Positions 53,454 to 62,042 of a stretch of 64,000 bases of DNA are shown here, piece after piece (within the stretch, counting starts at the first letter, position 1; every line of letters starts with the position of its first letter). Source of the stretch: Synechococcus sp. GTDB taxonomy: Bacteria > Cyanobacteriota > Cyanobacteriia > PCC-6307 > Cyanobiaceae. The stretch lies in the NCBI GenBank assembly GCA_047285305.1, contig JBJBDL010000003.1, positions 640,001-704,000 of the forward strand, given 5' to 3'. The notes under the pieces were generated by a model that saw nothing but the letters and a program-made list of their open reading frames with translations, had not been told where the DNA came from and did not search any database. The position numbers and the translations under genes were made by a program.

Positions 53454-55781
53454 GTGAGCCCTTTGGTTCAGACAGTCGTCCTGGATGTGGAAGGGATGAA
53501 ATGCGGCGGTTGCGTCCGCGCTGTGGAAACCACCCTGCTGGATCAACCCGGTGTTCAGCGCGCCGATGTGAATCTGGTCAGCCGCTCGGCCTGGCTCGAT
53601 CTCGCTGCCGGTGAGAGTGATGTGGATGGTGTCTTGAAAGCCCTGGCAGACAGGGGCTTCCCGGCCAAGGAGCGTTCCCTGGATGCCCCGATCGGAGCGG
53701 TGGCTGCCGGTCAGGCGCTGCCGGGCTGGTGGCAGCAATGGCGACAGCTGATGGTGGCCCTGGTGCTGCTGTTGCTGTCGGTGCTGGGGCATCTCAGCGA
53801 GGCAGGTCACCTGTCGCTTCCCTTGATCGGCAGCCTGTCTTTTCATGCCACGCTGGCCACGCTGGCTCTGCTGGGGCCGGGCCGTCCGATCCTGGTGGGT
53901 GGTGTTGCGTCGGCTCGCGCAGGGGCCCCCAGCATGGATTCCCTCGTGGGCCTGGGGGTGAGCAGTGCCTATGTGGCCAGCCTGGTGGCCTTGGTCTGGC
54001 CCCAGGTGGGTTGGCCCTGTTTTTTCAACGAACCGGTGATGTTGCTCGGGTTCGTCTTGCTGGGACGTTTCCTGGAAGAACGAGCCCGCTTCCGCACTGG
54101 TCAGGCCTTGCAGCAGCTAGCTGAGCTCCAGCCGGACACGGCGCGCCTGCTGTTGAGCGACGGGGCGATTCGTGAGGTGCGCGTTGGCGCTCTCAGGCCC
54201 GGGGAAACCGTGCAGTTGCTGGCCGGTGACCGCATTCCGGTGGATGGGGTGGTGCTTGAGGGGGCCTCGGCCGTTGATGTGTCCAGCCTTACCGGTGAGC
54301 CCTTGCCGCTGCAGGCGGAGCCCGGCACGGAGTTGTCCTCCGGCAGCCTCAATCTGGAGTCAAATCTGGTGCTGAAGGTCACCCGTGTCGGTGCCGAAAC
54401 CGCTCTGGCCCGGATCATTCGTCTGGTGGAGCAGGCCCAGGCCCGTCGGGCCCCCATCCAGGGCCTGGCCGATCGTGTGGCAGGCCGTTTTTGCTACGGC
54501 GTGATCGGCTTGGCCCTCGCCACGTTTTTGTTCTGGTGGTTGTTCGGTGCCCAGCACTGGCCTGAAGTTCTGCAGGCTTCAGCGCCTGGGATGCCAATGA
54601 CCCATGCGATGTCCCATGGGATGGGTCATGGGCATGGGATGCATCACGGCGGCTTGGGCAGTGGAGCCAGCACTTCGATGGGTCTGGCCCTGCAACTGTC
54701 AATCGCTGTGCTGGTGGTCGCCTGCCCCTGTGCCCTGGGTCTGGCGACCCCCACTGTGATCACGGTGGCCACCGGCTTGGCAGCACGGCGTGGCTGGCTG
54801 TTCCGTGGTGGTGATGTGATCGAAACCGCCGCCGGTTTGGAGCATGTGGTCTTCGACAAGACCGGCACCCTCACCTTGGGTCGTCCCCTCGTGACCGATG
54901 TGTACGGGGATGACCCGGATCATTTGTTGCAGCTCGCGGCCAGCCTGGAGCAAAGCAGCCGCCATCCCTTGGCCTACGCCCTGCTGCAGGAGGCCCAGCG
55001 CCGGGAGCTCGTTCTGCGGGAATGCGAAGACGTTCGCACCGTCTCCGGCCAGGGCCTCGAGGGCCACGTGGACGGTGCATCGGCTCGGGTGCGTGTTGGC
55101 AAGCCCGACTGGTTGGAGGGGCAGGGTGTTGCCATCTCCCCCGCCGCTCAGGACTGGCTCTCTGCCGCTGAAGGTTCGGTGGTGGCTGTTGCTGTGGGAG
55201 CTGTCCTGGTGGGCCTGGTGCAGATCGAGGACCAGCTGCGCCCTGATGTTGCCCCGGCGTTGCAACGCCTGCGCTCTCACGGTCTGGCACTTTCGGTGTT
55301 CAGTGGTGATCGGCAGGCGGCTGTACAGCGCCTTGGTCAGCAGCTGGGCTTTGCCGCCAAGGATCTGGGCTGGCAGATGCTGCCGGAGCAGAAGCTGCAG
55401 CGCCTCGAGCAGCTGCGGGAGGCGGAGCGGGTTGCAATGGTGGGCGACGGCATCAACGATGCGCCGGCCCTGGCCGCGGCTGATCTTGGGATTGCCATTG
55501 GCACTGGAACCCAGATCGCTCAAGACTCCGCTGGTCTGGTGTTGCTCGGCGATCGGCTCGACAATCTGCCCGAAGCCCTCAGCCTGGCGCGCCGCACCCT
55601 GGTGAAGGTGCGGCAGAACCTGTTCTGGGCCTTCGGTTACAACCTCATTGTTCTCCCGGTGGCCGCCGGTGCCCTGCTCCCCAGCCATGGGGTGCTGCTG
55701 TCGCCCCCGTTGGCGGCGCTGTTGATGGCCCTGAGTTCGATCACTGTGGTGCTCAACGCCCTGGCTCTTCGGTTGCCATGA
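53454..55781 (+). CDS. ctaA: P1B-1 copper-transporting ATPase, CtaA-like
   Basis: GMKCGGC HMA domain, TGE, CPC, DKTGT, GDGIND, YN and MxxSS Cu(I) ligands. Confidence 0.9.
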   Translation: MSPLVQTVVLDVEGMKCGGCVRAVETTLLDQPGVQRADVNLVSRSAWLDLAAGESDVDGVLKALADRGFPAKERSLDAPIGAVAAGQALPGWWQQWRQLMVALVLLLLSVLGHLSEAGHLSLPLIGSLSFHATLATLALLGPGRPILVGGVASARAGAPSMDSLVGLGVSSAYVASLVALVWPQVGWPCFFNEPVMLLGFVLLGRFLEERARFRTGQALQQLAELQPDTARLLLSDGAIREVRVGALRPGETVQLLAGDRIPVDGVVLEGASAVDVSSLTGEPLPLQAEPGTELSSGSLNLESNLVLKVTRVGAETALARIIRLVEQAQARRAPIQGLADRVAGRFCYGVIGLALATFLFWWLFGAQHWPEVLQASAPGMPMTHAMSHGMGHGHGMHHGGLGSGASTSMGLALQLSIAVLVVACPCALGLATPTVITVATGLAARRGWLFRGGDVIETAAGLEHVVFDKTGTLTLGRPLVTDVYGDDPDHLLQLAASLEQSSRHPLAYALLQEAQRRELVLRECEDVRTVSGQGLEGHVDGASARVRVGKPDWLEGQGVAISPAAQDWLSAAEGSVVAVAVGAVLVGLVQIEDQLRPDVAPALQRLRSHGLALSVFSGDRQAAVQRLGQQLGFAAKDLGWQMLPEQKLQRLEQLREAERVAMVGDGINDAPALAAADLGIAIGTGTQIAQDSAGLVLLGDRLDNLPEALSLARRTLVKVRQNLFWAFGYNLIVLPVAAGALLPSHGVLLSPPLAALLMALSSITVVLNALALRLP

Positions 55782-56407
55782 CAGGTCGCTTCATTGTTTT
55801 GGAGGGCATCGACGGCTGCGGCAAGACCACGCAGATCCAGCACCTGGTCCAGTGGTTGCCCAACAGCGGTCTGATGCCGAAGGGCGCTGCTGTGGTCTGC
55901 ACCCGTGAGCCCGGAGGCACTCCTCTGGGGCGCTCGATCCGTGAACTCCTGCTGCACACGGCAGACCTGGAGGCACCAGCTCCCACCGCTGAACTGTTGC
56001 TGTATGCCGCCGATCGGGCTCAGCATGTTGAAACGCTGATTCGTCCTGCTCTGGAGCGTGGAGATTGGGTGATCAGCGATCGTTTCTCGGGATCGACCCT
56101 TGCCTATCAAGGCTATGGCCGTGGGTTGGATCGGGACTTGATTCAGCGGCTCGAACGGATCGCCACCACAGGGTTGCAGCCCGATCTCACCCTCTGGCTG
56201 CGCCTTTCCGTTCAAGAGAGCCTGCAGCGCCGTCTCGGGGACAAAGAGGATCGCATCGAAGCCGAGGGGGCCGCATTCCTGGAGCGGGTTGCAGAGGGTT
56301 TTGCCGAGTTAGCCCAGCAGCGCTCCTGGCGCGCCGTCGCTGCAGATCAGTCAGCCAGCGCCGTTCGTGCTGCTCTGGAACGTCAGCTTCAGGAGCATCT
56401 GGCTTGA
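55778..56407 (+). CDS. tmk: Thymidylate kinase
   Basis: EGIDGCGKTTQ, TREPGGT, DRF.GSTLAYQG. Confidence 0.96.
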   Translation: MTGRFIVLEGIDGCGKTTQIQHLVQWLPNSGLMPKGAAVVCTREPGGTPLGRSIRELLLHTADLEAPAPTAELLLYAADRAQHVETLIRPALERGDWVISDRFSGSTLAYQGYGRGLDRDLIQRLERIATTGLQPDLTLWLRLSVQESLQRRLGDKEDRIEAEGAAFLERVAEGFAELAQQRSWRAVAADQSASAVRAALERQLQEHLA

Positions 56408-57348
56408 GCGCTTTGTTTGGGGATCTGATCGGCCAGTCCCTCGCCATTGATCTGCTTTCGGCGGCCCTGGCCCAGAAACGAGTGGCCCCGGCTTATCTCT
56501 TTGCCGGCCCTGAAGGGGTGGGACGTCAGTTGGCGGCGGTGCGTTTTCTGGAGGGACTGCTGGCCGATGGTCAGCCCTCGGCCCGGGAACGCCGACGCCT
56601 CCTGGAACGCAATCACCCCGACCTGCTCTGGGTGGAACCCACCTATCAGCATCAGGGCCGTTTGCTGACTTGCGCCGAAGCCGAGGAGGCGGGGCTCAGC
56701 CGCCGCACTCCGCCCCAGTTGCGCTTGGAGCAGATCCGCGACATCGGGCGCTGTCTGGCCCGGCAGCCGGTGGAGGCGAAGCGCGGGATGATTGTGATTG
56801 AGGCTGCTGAGGCGATGGCGGAAGCGTCGGCCAATGCCCTCTTGAAAACGCTGGAGGAACCCGGCCACGGGGTGCTGATTCTGTTGACCTCAGCCCCCGA
56901 GCGGTTGCTCAGCACAATTCGCTCCCGCTGTCAGTTGATCCGTTTCCTTCGGCTCAACCCCGAGGCCATGGCTCAGGTGCTCGAGCGCAACGGTGCAATC
57001 TCTCAAGATTCCCCGGAACTTCTGGCCTTGGCTGCCGGGTCTCCAGGCGCCCTGATCGACCATCGCCGCAGCCTGGCTGGTCTGCCCGAGGAGTTGGTTC
57101 AGCGCCTCGATTCGATTCCCGCCACTCCAATGGAGGCACTTGCGTTGGCACGCGATCTCTGCGAAGCCCTCGATGGCGGGCAGCAGCTGTGGTTGATTGG
57201 CTGGTGGCAACACCGGCTTTGGCTCTCCGGCAGTTCTGCCTCAAGCCTCAAGCGTTTGGACAAGCTGCGCGGCCAGCTGCTTTCATTCGTTCAGCCGCGA
57301 TTGGCCTGGGAGGTGGCGCTGCTCGATCTCACGCCATCCGTCTCTTAG
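56404..57348 (+). CDS. holB: DNA polymerase III delta' subunit
   Basis: AYLFAGPEGVG, NHPDL, ANALLKTLEEP, TIRSRC; TTG at 56404. Confidence 0.93.
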   Translation: MSALFGDLIGQSLAIDLLSAALAQKRVAPAYLFAGPEGVGRQLAAVRFLEGLLADGQPSARERRRLLERNHPDLLWVEPTYQHQGRLLTCAEAEEAGLSRRTPPQLRLEQIRDIGRCLARQPVEAKRGMIVIEAAEAMAEASANALLKTLEEPGHGVLILLTSAPERLLSTIRSRCQLIRFLRLNPEAMAQVLERNGAISQDSPELLALAAGSPGALIDHRRSLAGLPEELVQRLDSIPATPMEALALARDLCEALDGGQQLWLIGWWQHRLWLSGSSASSLKRLDKLRGQLLSFVQPRLAWEVALLDLTPSVS

Positions 57349-57363
57349 GTGCATTAAGGACGA

Positions 57364-58152
57364 TCAAGCCGAGGCTCGATCGCCTTGCTGTTTGCGCTCT
57401 TCGCGTGCCATGGCCACCACGTCCTCCAGGCCATCCATCTGGGAGCTGGTGGGCAGTTCCAGGCAATAACCCGCTCCGTACACCGTCTTGATGAATCGTG
57501 GTTTTCGGGGATCGGGTTCCAGCTTGGTGCGCAGGTGTCTGACGTGCACGCGAATGGTCTCGATGTCGTCATCAGGCTCGTAGCCCCACACTTCCTTGAG
57601 GATCAACGAGGGCGCCACGGTTTGCCCTTGACGCTGCAGCAGGCAATGAAGCAGTTCGAACTCCAGGTGCGTGAGCCGCACTGGTTGATCAAACCAGATG
57701 GCTTCAAAGCGCTCGGGCACCAGGGTGAGAGGCCCGTAGCTGAGGATCTCGTTGTGGTTGCTGGTTCCAACAGGAGCTCGGTCACTCCGACGCAGCAGGG
57801 CTTTGACCCTCACCTGAAGTTCTTCCAGGTCGAAGGGTTTGGTCAGGTAATCGTCGGCTCCGGAATTGAAACCGCTCACTTTGTCTTTGGTGCCGCCGAG
57901 AGCCGTGAGCATCAGGATCGGAATCCCAGCGGTGCGGTCGTCACGCCGTAAGCGCTGACACAGGGTGAGGCCATCCACTTTGGGCAGCATCAGATCCAGC
58001 AGGATCAGATCCGGGGTGTATTGCAGTGCCAGGGCCTGACCTTTGATGCCATCGTCGGCGCGCTGTACATCGAAGCCGCTGTGCTCCAAATGGCCACTCA
58101 CCAGGTCGCGCATGTCCTGGTCATCTTCGATTAGCAGGATGCAGGGCTTCAT
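57364..58152 (-). CDS. rpaA: OmpR-family response regulator RpaA
   Basis: [54 protein letters not shown]. Confidence 0.94.
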   Translation of the reverse strand: MKPCILLIEDDQDMRDLVSGHLEHSGFDVQRADDGIKGQALALQYTPDLILLDLMLPKVDGLTLCQRLRRDDRTAGIPILMLTALGGTKDKVSGFNSGADDYLTKPFDLEELQVRVKALLRRSDRAPVGTSNHNEILSYGPLTLVPERFEAIWFDQPVRLTHLEFELLHCLLQRQGQTVAPSLILKEVWGYEPDDDIETIRVHVRHLRTKLEPDPRKPRFIKTVYGAGYCLELPTSSQMDGLEDVVAMAREERKQQGDRASA

Positions 58153-58401
58153 CGGTTCGGCGACAATTCGGCTGGATAAATGACGAGCGCTTGTCTGTAG
58201 GGATTAACGCTGAACGGATTCTCTCAAGCTTTTCGACTGTCTGCAGATTTTCAACAAGGAGCTCATCGGGGGCATGGTTGCCTCAAATCGCAGGTGGGAA
58301 CAGCGATCTGGGGTTTTTTTTGCTTGTCTTTCGCCGGTAGCTGTTTAGGAAGTCTTCCGGTTCGGGCAATCACCCGTCACGAAATTCCTTTTTTCGTCAA
58401 T

Positions 58402-58428
58402 AAAAAGCCACAGCGAAAGCTGTGGCTT
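58402..58428 (-). terminator. Intrinsic terminator after tRNA-Asn
   Basis: AAGCCACAGC-GAAA-GCTGTGGCTT perfect stem with U-run on the minus strand. Confidence 0.85.
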
Positions 58429-58433
58429 GAAAG

Positions 58434-58505
58434 CTCCCCGGGCGGGATTCGAACCTGCGACCAATCGATTAACAGTCGACCGCTCTACCGCTGAGCTACC
58501 GAGGA
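58434..58505 (-). tRNA. trnN: tRNA-Asn (GTT)
   Basis: TCCTCGGTAGCTCAGCGGTAGAGCGGTCGACT-GTT-AATCGATTGGTCGCAGGTTCGAATCCCGCCCGGGGAG, 72 nt cloverleaf, CCA not encoded. Confidence 0.97.
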
Positions 58506-58521
58506 ATGAGACCAAATGAAC

Positions 58522-59211
58522 TTACCCCTCGGATGTGCCCCCCTGCAAGCGCCGTTGCAGTTCTGTTCCCCGGGTCCATGGTCCAATTCGACCGTTTTGC
58601 ATGCGAGCGGCCCCATCGGCGAAGGCCAATTCCCCAAGCCTGTGGGTGATCCACAGTGCCGTGATCGGCTTCACGGGGTCTTTGCAAAGCCGTTGCACTG
58701 TGATCAGCACCTTTGTTTGGCTGCTGGGATCGAGCAGGGCGGTCGGTTCATCGAGCAGCAGGAGCCCGGCGTCACTGGCCAGGGCTCCTGCAATGGCCAG
58801 GCGTTGTTTTTGGCCGCCGCTGAGGCTGTGAATCGGCCGCTTCTCCAGTTGGGCGAGGCCAAGCTGGCTCAGCAGGTCGCGCACGGTGCTTAGGCGGTGC
58901 TGCTGGGGCCCTTCAGGATTCATACCCAGCATCAAATCGCTGCCGCAACTGGGTAGCAGCAGCTGATGGTCTGGGTTTTGAAACACCAAGGCCGTTTTGG
59001 TGCGGCAGGCGATGCGTCCGCTCTGGGGTTCGAGCAGTCCTGAAATCAGGCGGAACAGGGTGCTTTTGCCGCTGCCGTTGCTACCTACAAGCATCCAGAG
59101 GCCTGGGCCAGGAATGACCAGGTTGCAACGGTTGAGGGCCTGTTGGCCGCTCGGCCAGCGGTGGCTAACTGCCTCAACGCTCAGTTCGGCGGTCGAGGTG
59201 TCAGGAATCAA
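58522..59211 (-). CDS. ABC ATPase, ECF/CbiO-like
   Basis: [41 protein letters not shown] start at 59211 assumed. Confidence 0.88.
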   Translation of the reverse strand: MIPDTSTAELSVEAVSHRWPSGQQALNRCNLVIPGPGLWMLVGSNGSGKSTLFRLISGLLEPQSGRIACRTKTALVFQNPDHQLLLPSCGSDLMLGMNPEGPQQHRLSTVRDLLSQLGLAQLEKRPIHSLSGGQKQRLAIAGALASDAGLLLLDEPTALLDPSSQTKVLITVQRLCKDPVKPITALWITHRLGELAFADGAARMQNGRIGPWTRGTELQRRLQGGTSEG

Positions 59212-59464
59212 AGGAAAAGCCTGGACGCTTGCTGCCACCCGCTGCCGAAGCTTTTTCATAAAGCTGAACGGCAAGAACCTCACTGACAAGCAGCGTTACT
59301 TTCTTGCCTTCCACTTTCTCGCAGGTGAGCTCCAGCAGCCTCGGTTGGCCGTTCTCGAGGGCCTGGCGAATCTGCTGGTACAGCGCATCGGCATCTGCAT
59401 GCTCCTTGCGCTGAACAGACACCGGGACAGGACTCATGCGCAGGGCCAATTCGATGACGTACAC
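59201..59464 (-). CDS. Small conserved cyanobacterial hypothetical protein
   Basis: [20 protein letters not shown]...LELTCEK...PGF; GTG start; overlaps the ATPase start. Confidence 0.75.
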   Translation of the reverse strand: MYVIELALRMSPVPVSVQRKEHADADALYQQIRQALENGQPRLLELTCEKVEGKKVTLLVSEVLAVQLYEKASAAGGSKRPGFSFDS

Positions 59465-59628
59465 AGCGTTGGAAAGAAGCGATGCGTCATCTTCGCGGAG
59501 GGACCGGCATCCCGTCGGTCCAAAAATGCGCATTTCTACTCATCCCCTCGAAAAGGGCGTGGGGAGCCGCCCCATTTCGGTGATCACCCCCTAGGCTCAG
59601 CCGTGTAACGGATCATGAAGCACCTCTC

Positions 59629-60684
59629 ATGACGATCGCTGTAGGACGCGCGCCACAGCGGGGATGGTTTGACGTCCTCGATGACTGGCTCAAGCGCGAC
59701 CGCTTCGTTTTTGTCGGCTGGTCCGGCATTCTTCTCCTCCCAACGGCCTACTTGGCCATCGGTGGCTGGCTGACAGGCACCACCTTTGTTACCTCCTGGT
59801 ACACCCACGGCATTGCCTCTTCGTACCTGGAAGGTTGCAACTTCCTGACCGCTGCTGTGTCAACCCCCGCTGATGCGATGGGTCACAGCCTGCTGCTGCT
59901 CTGGGGCCCTGAAGCTCAGGGCGACTTCGTTCGCTGGTGTCAACTCGGTGGCCTCTGGGCCTTCGTGGCCCTGCACGGCGCCTTCGCACTGATCGGCTTC
60001 ATGCTCCGTCAGTTCGAGATCGCCCGTCTGGTCGGCATCCGCCCTTACAACGCCATCGCCTTCTCCGGACCGATCGCGGTGTTCGTCAGTGTCTTCCTGA
60101 TGTATCCCCTCGGCCAGAGCAGCTGGTTCTTCGCGCCCTCCTTCGGTGTGGCTGCGATCTTCCGCTTCCTTCTCTTCCTTCAGGGCTTCCACAACTGGAC
60201 CCTGAACCCCTTCCACATGATGGGCGTCGCCGGCATCCTCGGCGGTGCACTGCTTTGCGCCATTCACGGCGCCACCGTGGAAAACACCCTGTTTGAGGAC
60301 GGTGAGCAGGCCAACACCTTCAAGGCGTTCGAGCCCACCCAGGAAGAAGAGACCTATTCGATGGTCACCGCCAACCGCTTCTGGAGTCAGATCTTCGGTA
60401 TCGCCTTCTCCAACAAGCGCTGGCTGCACTTCTTCATGCTGTTCGTGCCTGTAATGGGCCTGTGGACCAGCTCCATCGGCATCATCGGCTTGGCCCTCAA
60501 CCTGCGCGCCTATGACTTCGTGTCACAGGAAATCCGCGCTGCAGAAGATCCCGAATTTGAGACCTTCTACACCAAGAACATCCTTCTAAATGAAGGTCTG
60601 CGTGCCTGGATGGCACCGGCTGACCAGCCGCACGAAAACTTCGTCTTCCCTGAAGAGGTTCTGCCTCGCGGCAACGCCCTCTAA
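59629..60684 (+). CDS. psbD: Photosystem II D2 protein, monocistronic copy (psbD2-like)
   Basis: MTIAVGR...FVFVGWSG...[11 protein letters not shown]; followed by a terminator and not by psbC. Confidence 0.99.
   Translation: MTIAVGRAPQRGWFDVLDDWLKRDRFVFVGWSGILLLPTAYLAIGGWLTGTTFVTSWYTHGIASSYLEGCNFLTAAVSTPADAMGHSLLLLWGPEAQGDFVRWCQLGGLWAFVALHGAFALIGFMLRQFEIARLVGIRPYNAIAFSGPIAVFVSVFLMYPLGQSSWFFAPSFGVAAIFRFLLFLQGFHNWTLNPFHMMGVAGILGGALLCAIHGATVENTLFEDGEQANTFKAFEPTQEEETYSMVTANRFWSQIFGIAFSNKRWLHFFMLFVPVMGLWTSSIGIIGLALNLRAYDFVSQEIRAAEDPEFETFYTKNILLNEGLRAWMAPADQPHENFVFPEEVLPRGNAL
60137..60601 (+). repeat. Copy 1 of 465-bp direct repeat, internal to psbD
   Basis: Matches 61578-62042 base for base except T60558/C61999. 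Confidence 0.95.
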
Positions 60685-60706
60685 TCGCAGGTTCGATGAT
60701 TCCTTC

Positions 60707-60732
60707 AACCGCCCAACTGGGCGGTTTTTTTT
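60707..60732 (+). terminator. psbD intrinsic terminator
   Basis: AACCGCCC-AACT-GGGCGGTT followed by a T-run. Confidence 0.9.
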
Positions 60733-60734
60733 GT

Positions 60735-61475
60735 TCAGTTGCTGTCTGAATCAGTACCCAGACGCAAGGTGAGATCAAGGCTGTTGCGTTGATCGAGCAG
60801 CGCTCGCAACAGTGCATCGATGAGCAGAATGATGCCAAGCAGTTCCAACGCTTCTTCCAAACCTGTAATGGCGCCATACCAGGGGCTATGCAGGCGGATC
60901 AGGCTGGATCGAACGGCGAAGCTGCCGATCATTTCCACGCCGATGGCACCGCCGATGTAGACGGCACCTGATCGCAGCAACCGTGATGCCGTTGCTCGGG
61001 AGATTGAGCCGAGGAAGCGGCGAAAGCGCCACAGCAGGATGAGGGCGAGGACGGCGTAAGGCACCACCCAGGTGGATGCCAGAGCTGGATGCACATGGTG
61101 CCTGAGCCCTGGAATGATCAGGATTTCGTGGATCTGAAGGGCTTCGTCGAATGCCAGAAAGATGAAAATCTTCGAGAGCAAACGCCAGTCCTGGGCATCG
61201 ATGCGATCGCTGCTCTGCCCCAGTCGTTGCATCAAAAGGGCCGCCATCAGCAAAAGCGCGCTGCTGAACAGGGTGGGCAGATTGAGTTCGCGGTCCATGT
61301 TGAGGCTGTCCAGCCAATATTTCTTCGCCCCGAAGCCGTAAATGCCCACTTGAACGACGCTGTGGGCAACCAATAGCCCTCCGGTGACGGCTGTCAGCAA
61401 CTTGCGGATTGACCTTGGCGTAAGGGGAATGATCCCGATCTGGTTTGGATTTGCTGTAGTGGGTTCCTTAATCAC
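60735..61475 (-). CDS. Hypothetical polytopic membrane protein
   Basis: About 6-7 TM segments; [33 protein letters not shown]; start uncertain. Confidence 0.8.
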
Positions 61476-61577
61476 GGTTCGCTTGTGGGGTGGATGAATT
61501 CGGGCCTCGTACTTCGTTTCTAAACCTTTGCTTTAAGAAAGGTGCTGCTTTTGGCTGTGACCTGCAAGGGGATTGCA

Positions 61578-62042
61578 CCTCCTTCGGTGTGGCTGCGATC
61601 TTCCGCTTCCTTCTCTTCCTTCAGGGCTTCCACAACTGGACCCTGAACCCCTTCCACATGATGGGCGTCGCCGGCATCCTCGGCGGTGCACTGCTTTGCG
61701 CCATTCACGGCGCCACCGTGGAAAACACCCTGTTTGAGGACGGTGAGCAGGCCAACACCTTCAAGGCGTTCGAGCCCACCCAGGAAGAAGAGACCTATTC
61801 GATGGTCACCGCCAACCGCTTCTGGAGTCAGATCTTCGGTATCGCCTTCTCCAACAAGCGCTGGCTGCACTTCTTCATGCTGTTCGTGCCTGTAATGGGC
61901 CTGTGGACCAGCTCCATCGGCATCATCGGCTTGGCCCTCAACCTGCGCGCCTATGACTTCGTGTCACAGGAAATCCGCGCTGCAGAAGATCCCGAATTCG
62001 AGACCTTCTACACCAAGAACATCCTTCTAAATGAAGGTCTGC
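61578..62042 (+). pseudogene. psbD: psbD internal fragment (D2 residues ~171-324), copy 2 of the direct repeat
   Basis: 464/465 identical to 60137-60601; lacks both gene ends; in-frame TAA at 62045-62047. Confidence 0.95.

Noticed and set aside
58434..58505. tRNA-Asn as an island integration site
   Set aside because: Flanks are core genes, the terminator is intact, and no duplicated tRNA 3' end or integrase was seen.
59601..59622. Possible RpaB HLR1 or NtcA site upstream of psbD (TGTAACGGATCATGAAG)
   Set aside because: Only one good GTTACA half-site, and GTA-N8-TAC is not satisfied.
59629..62042. Prophage or phage-derived psbD
   Set aside because: No phage genes are present, and both copies have host-like GC-rich codons and are almost identical.
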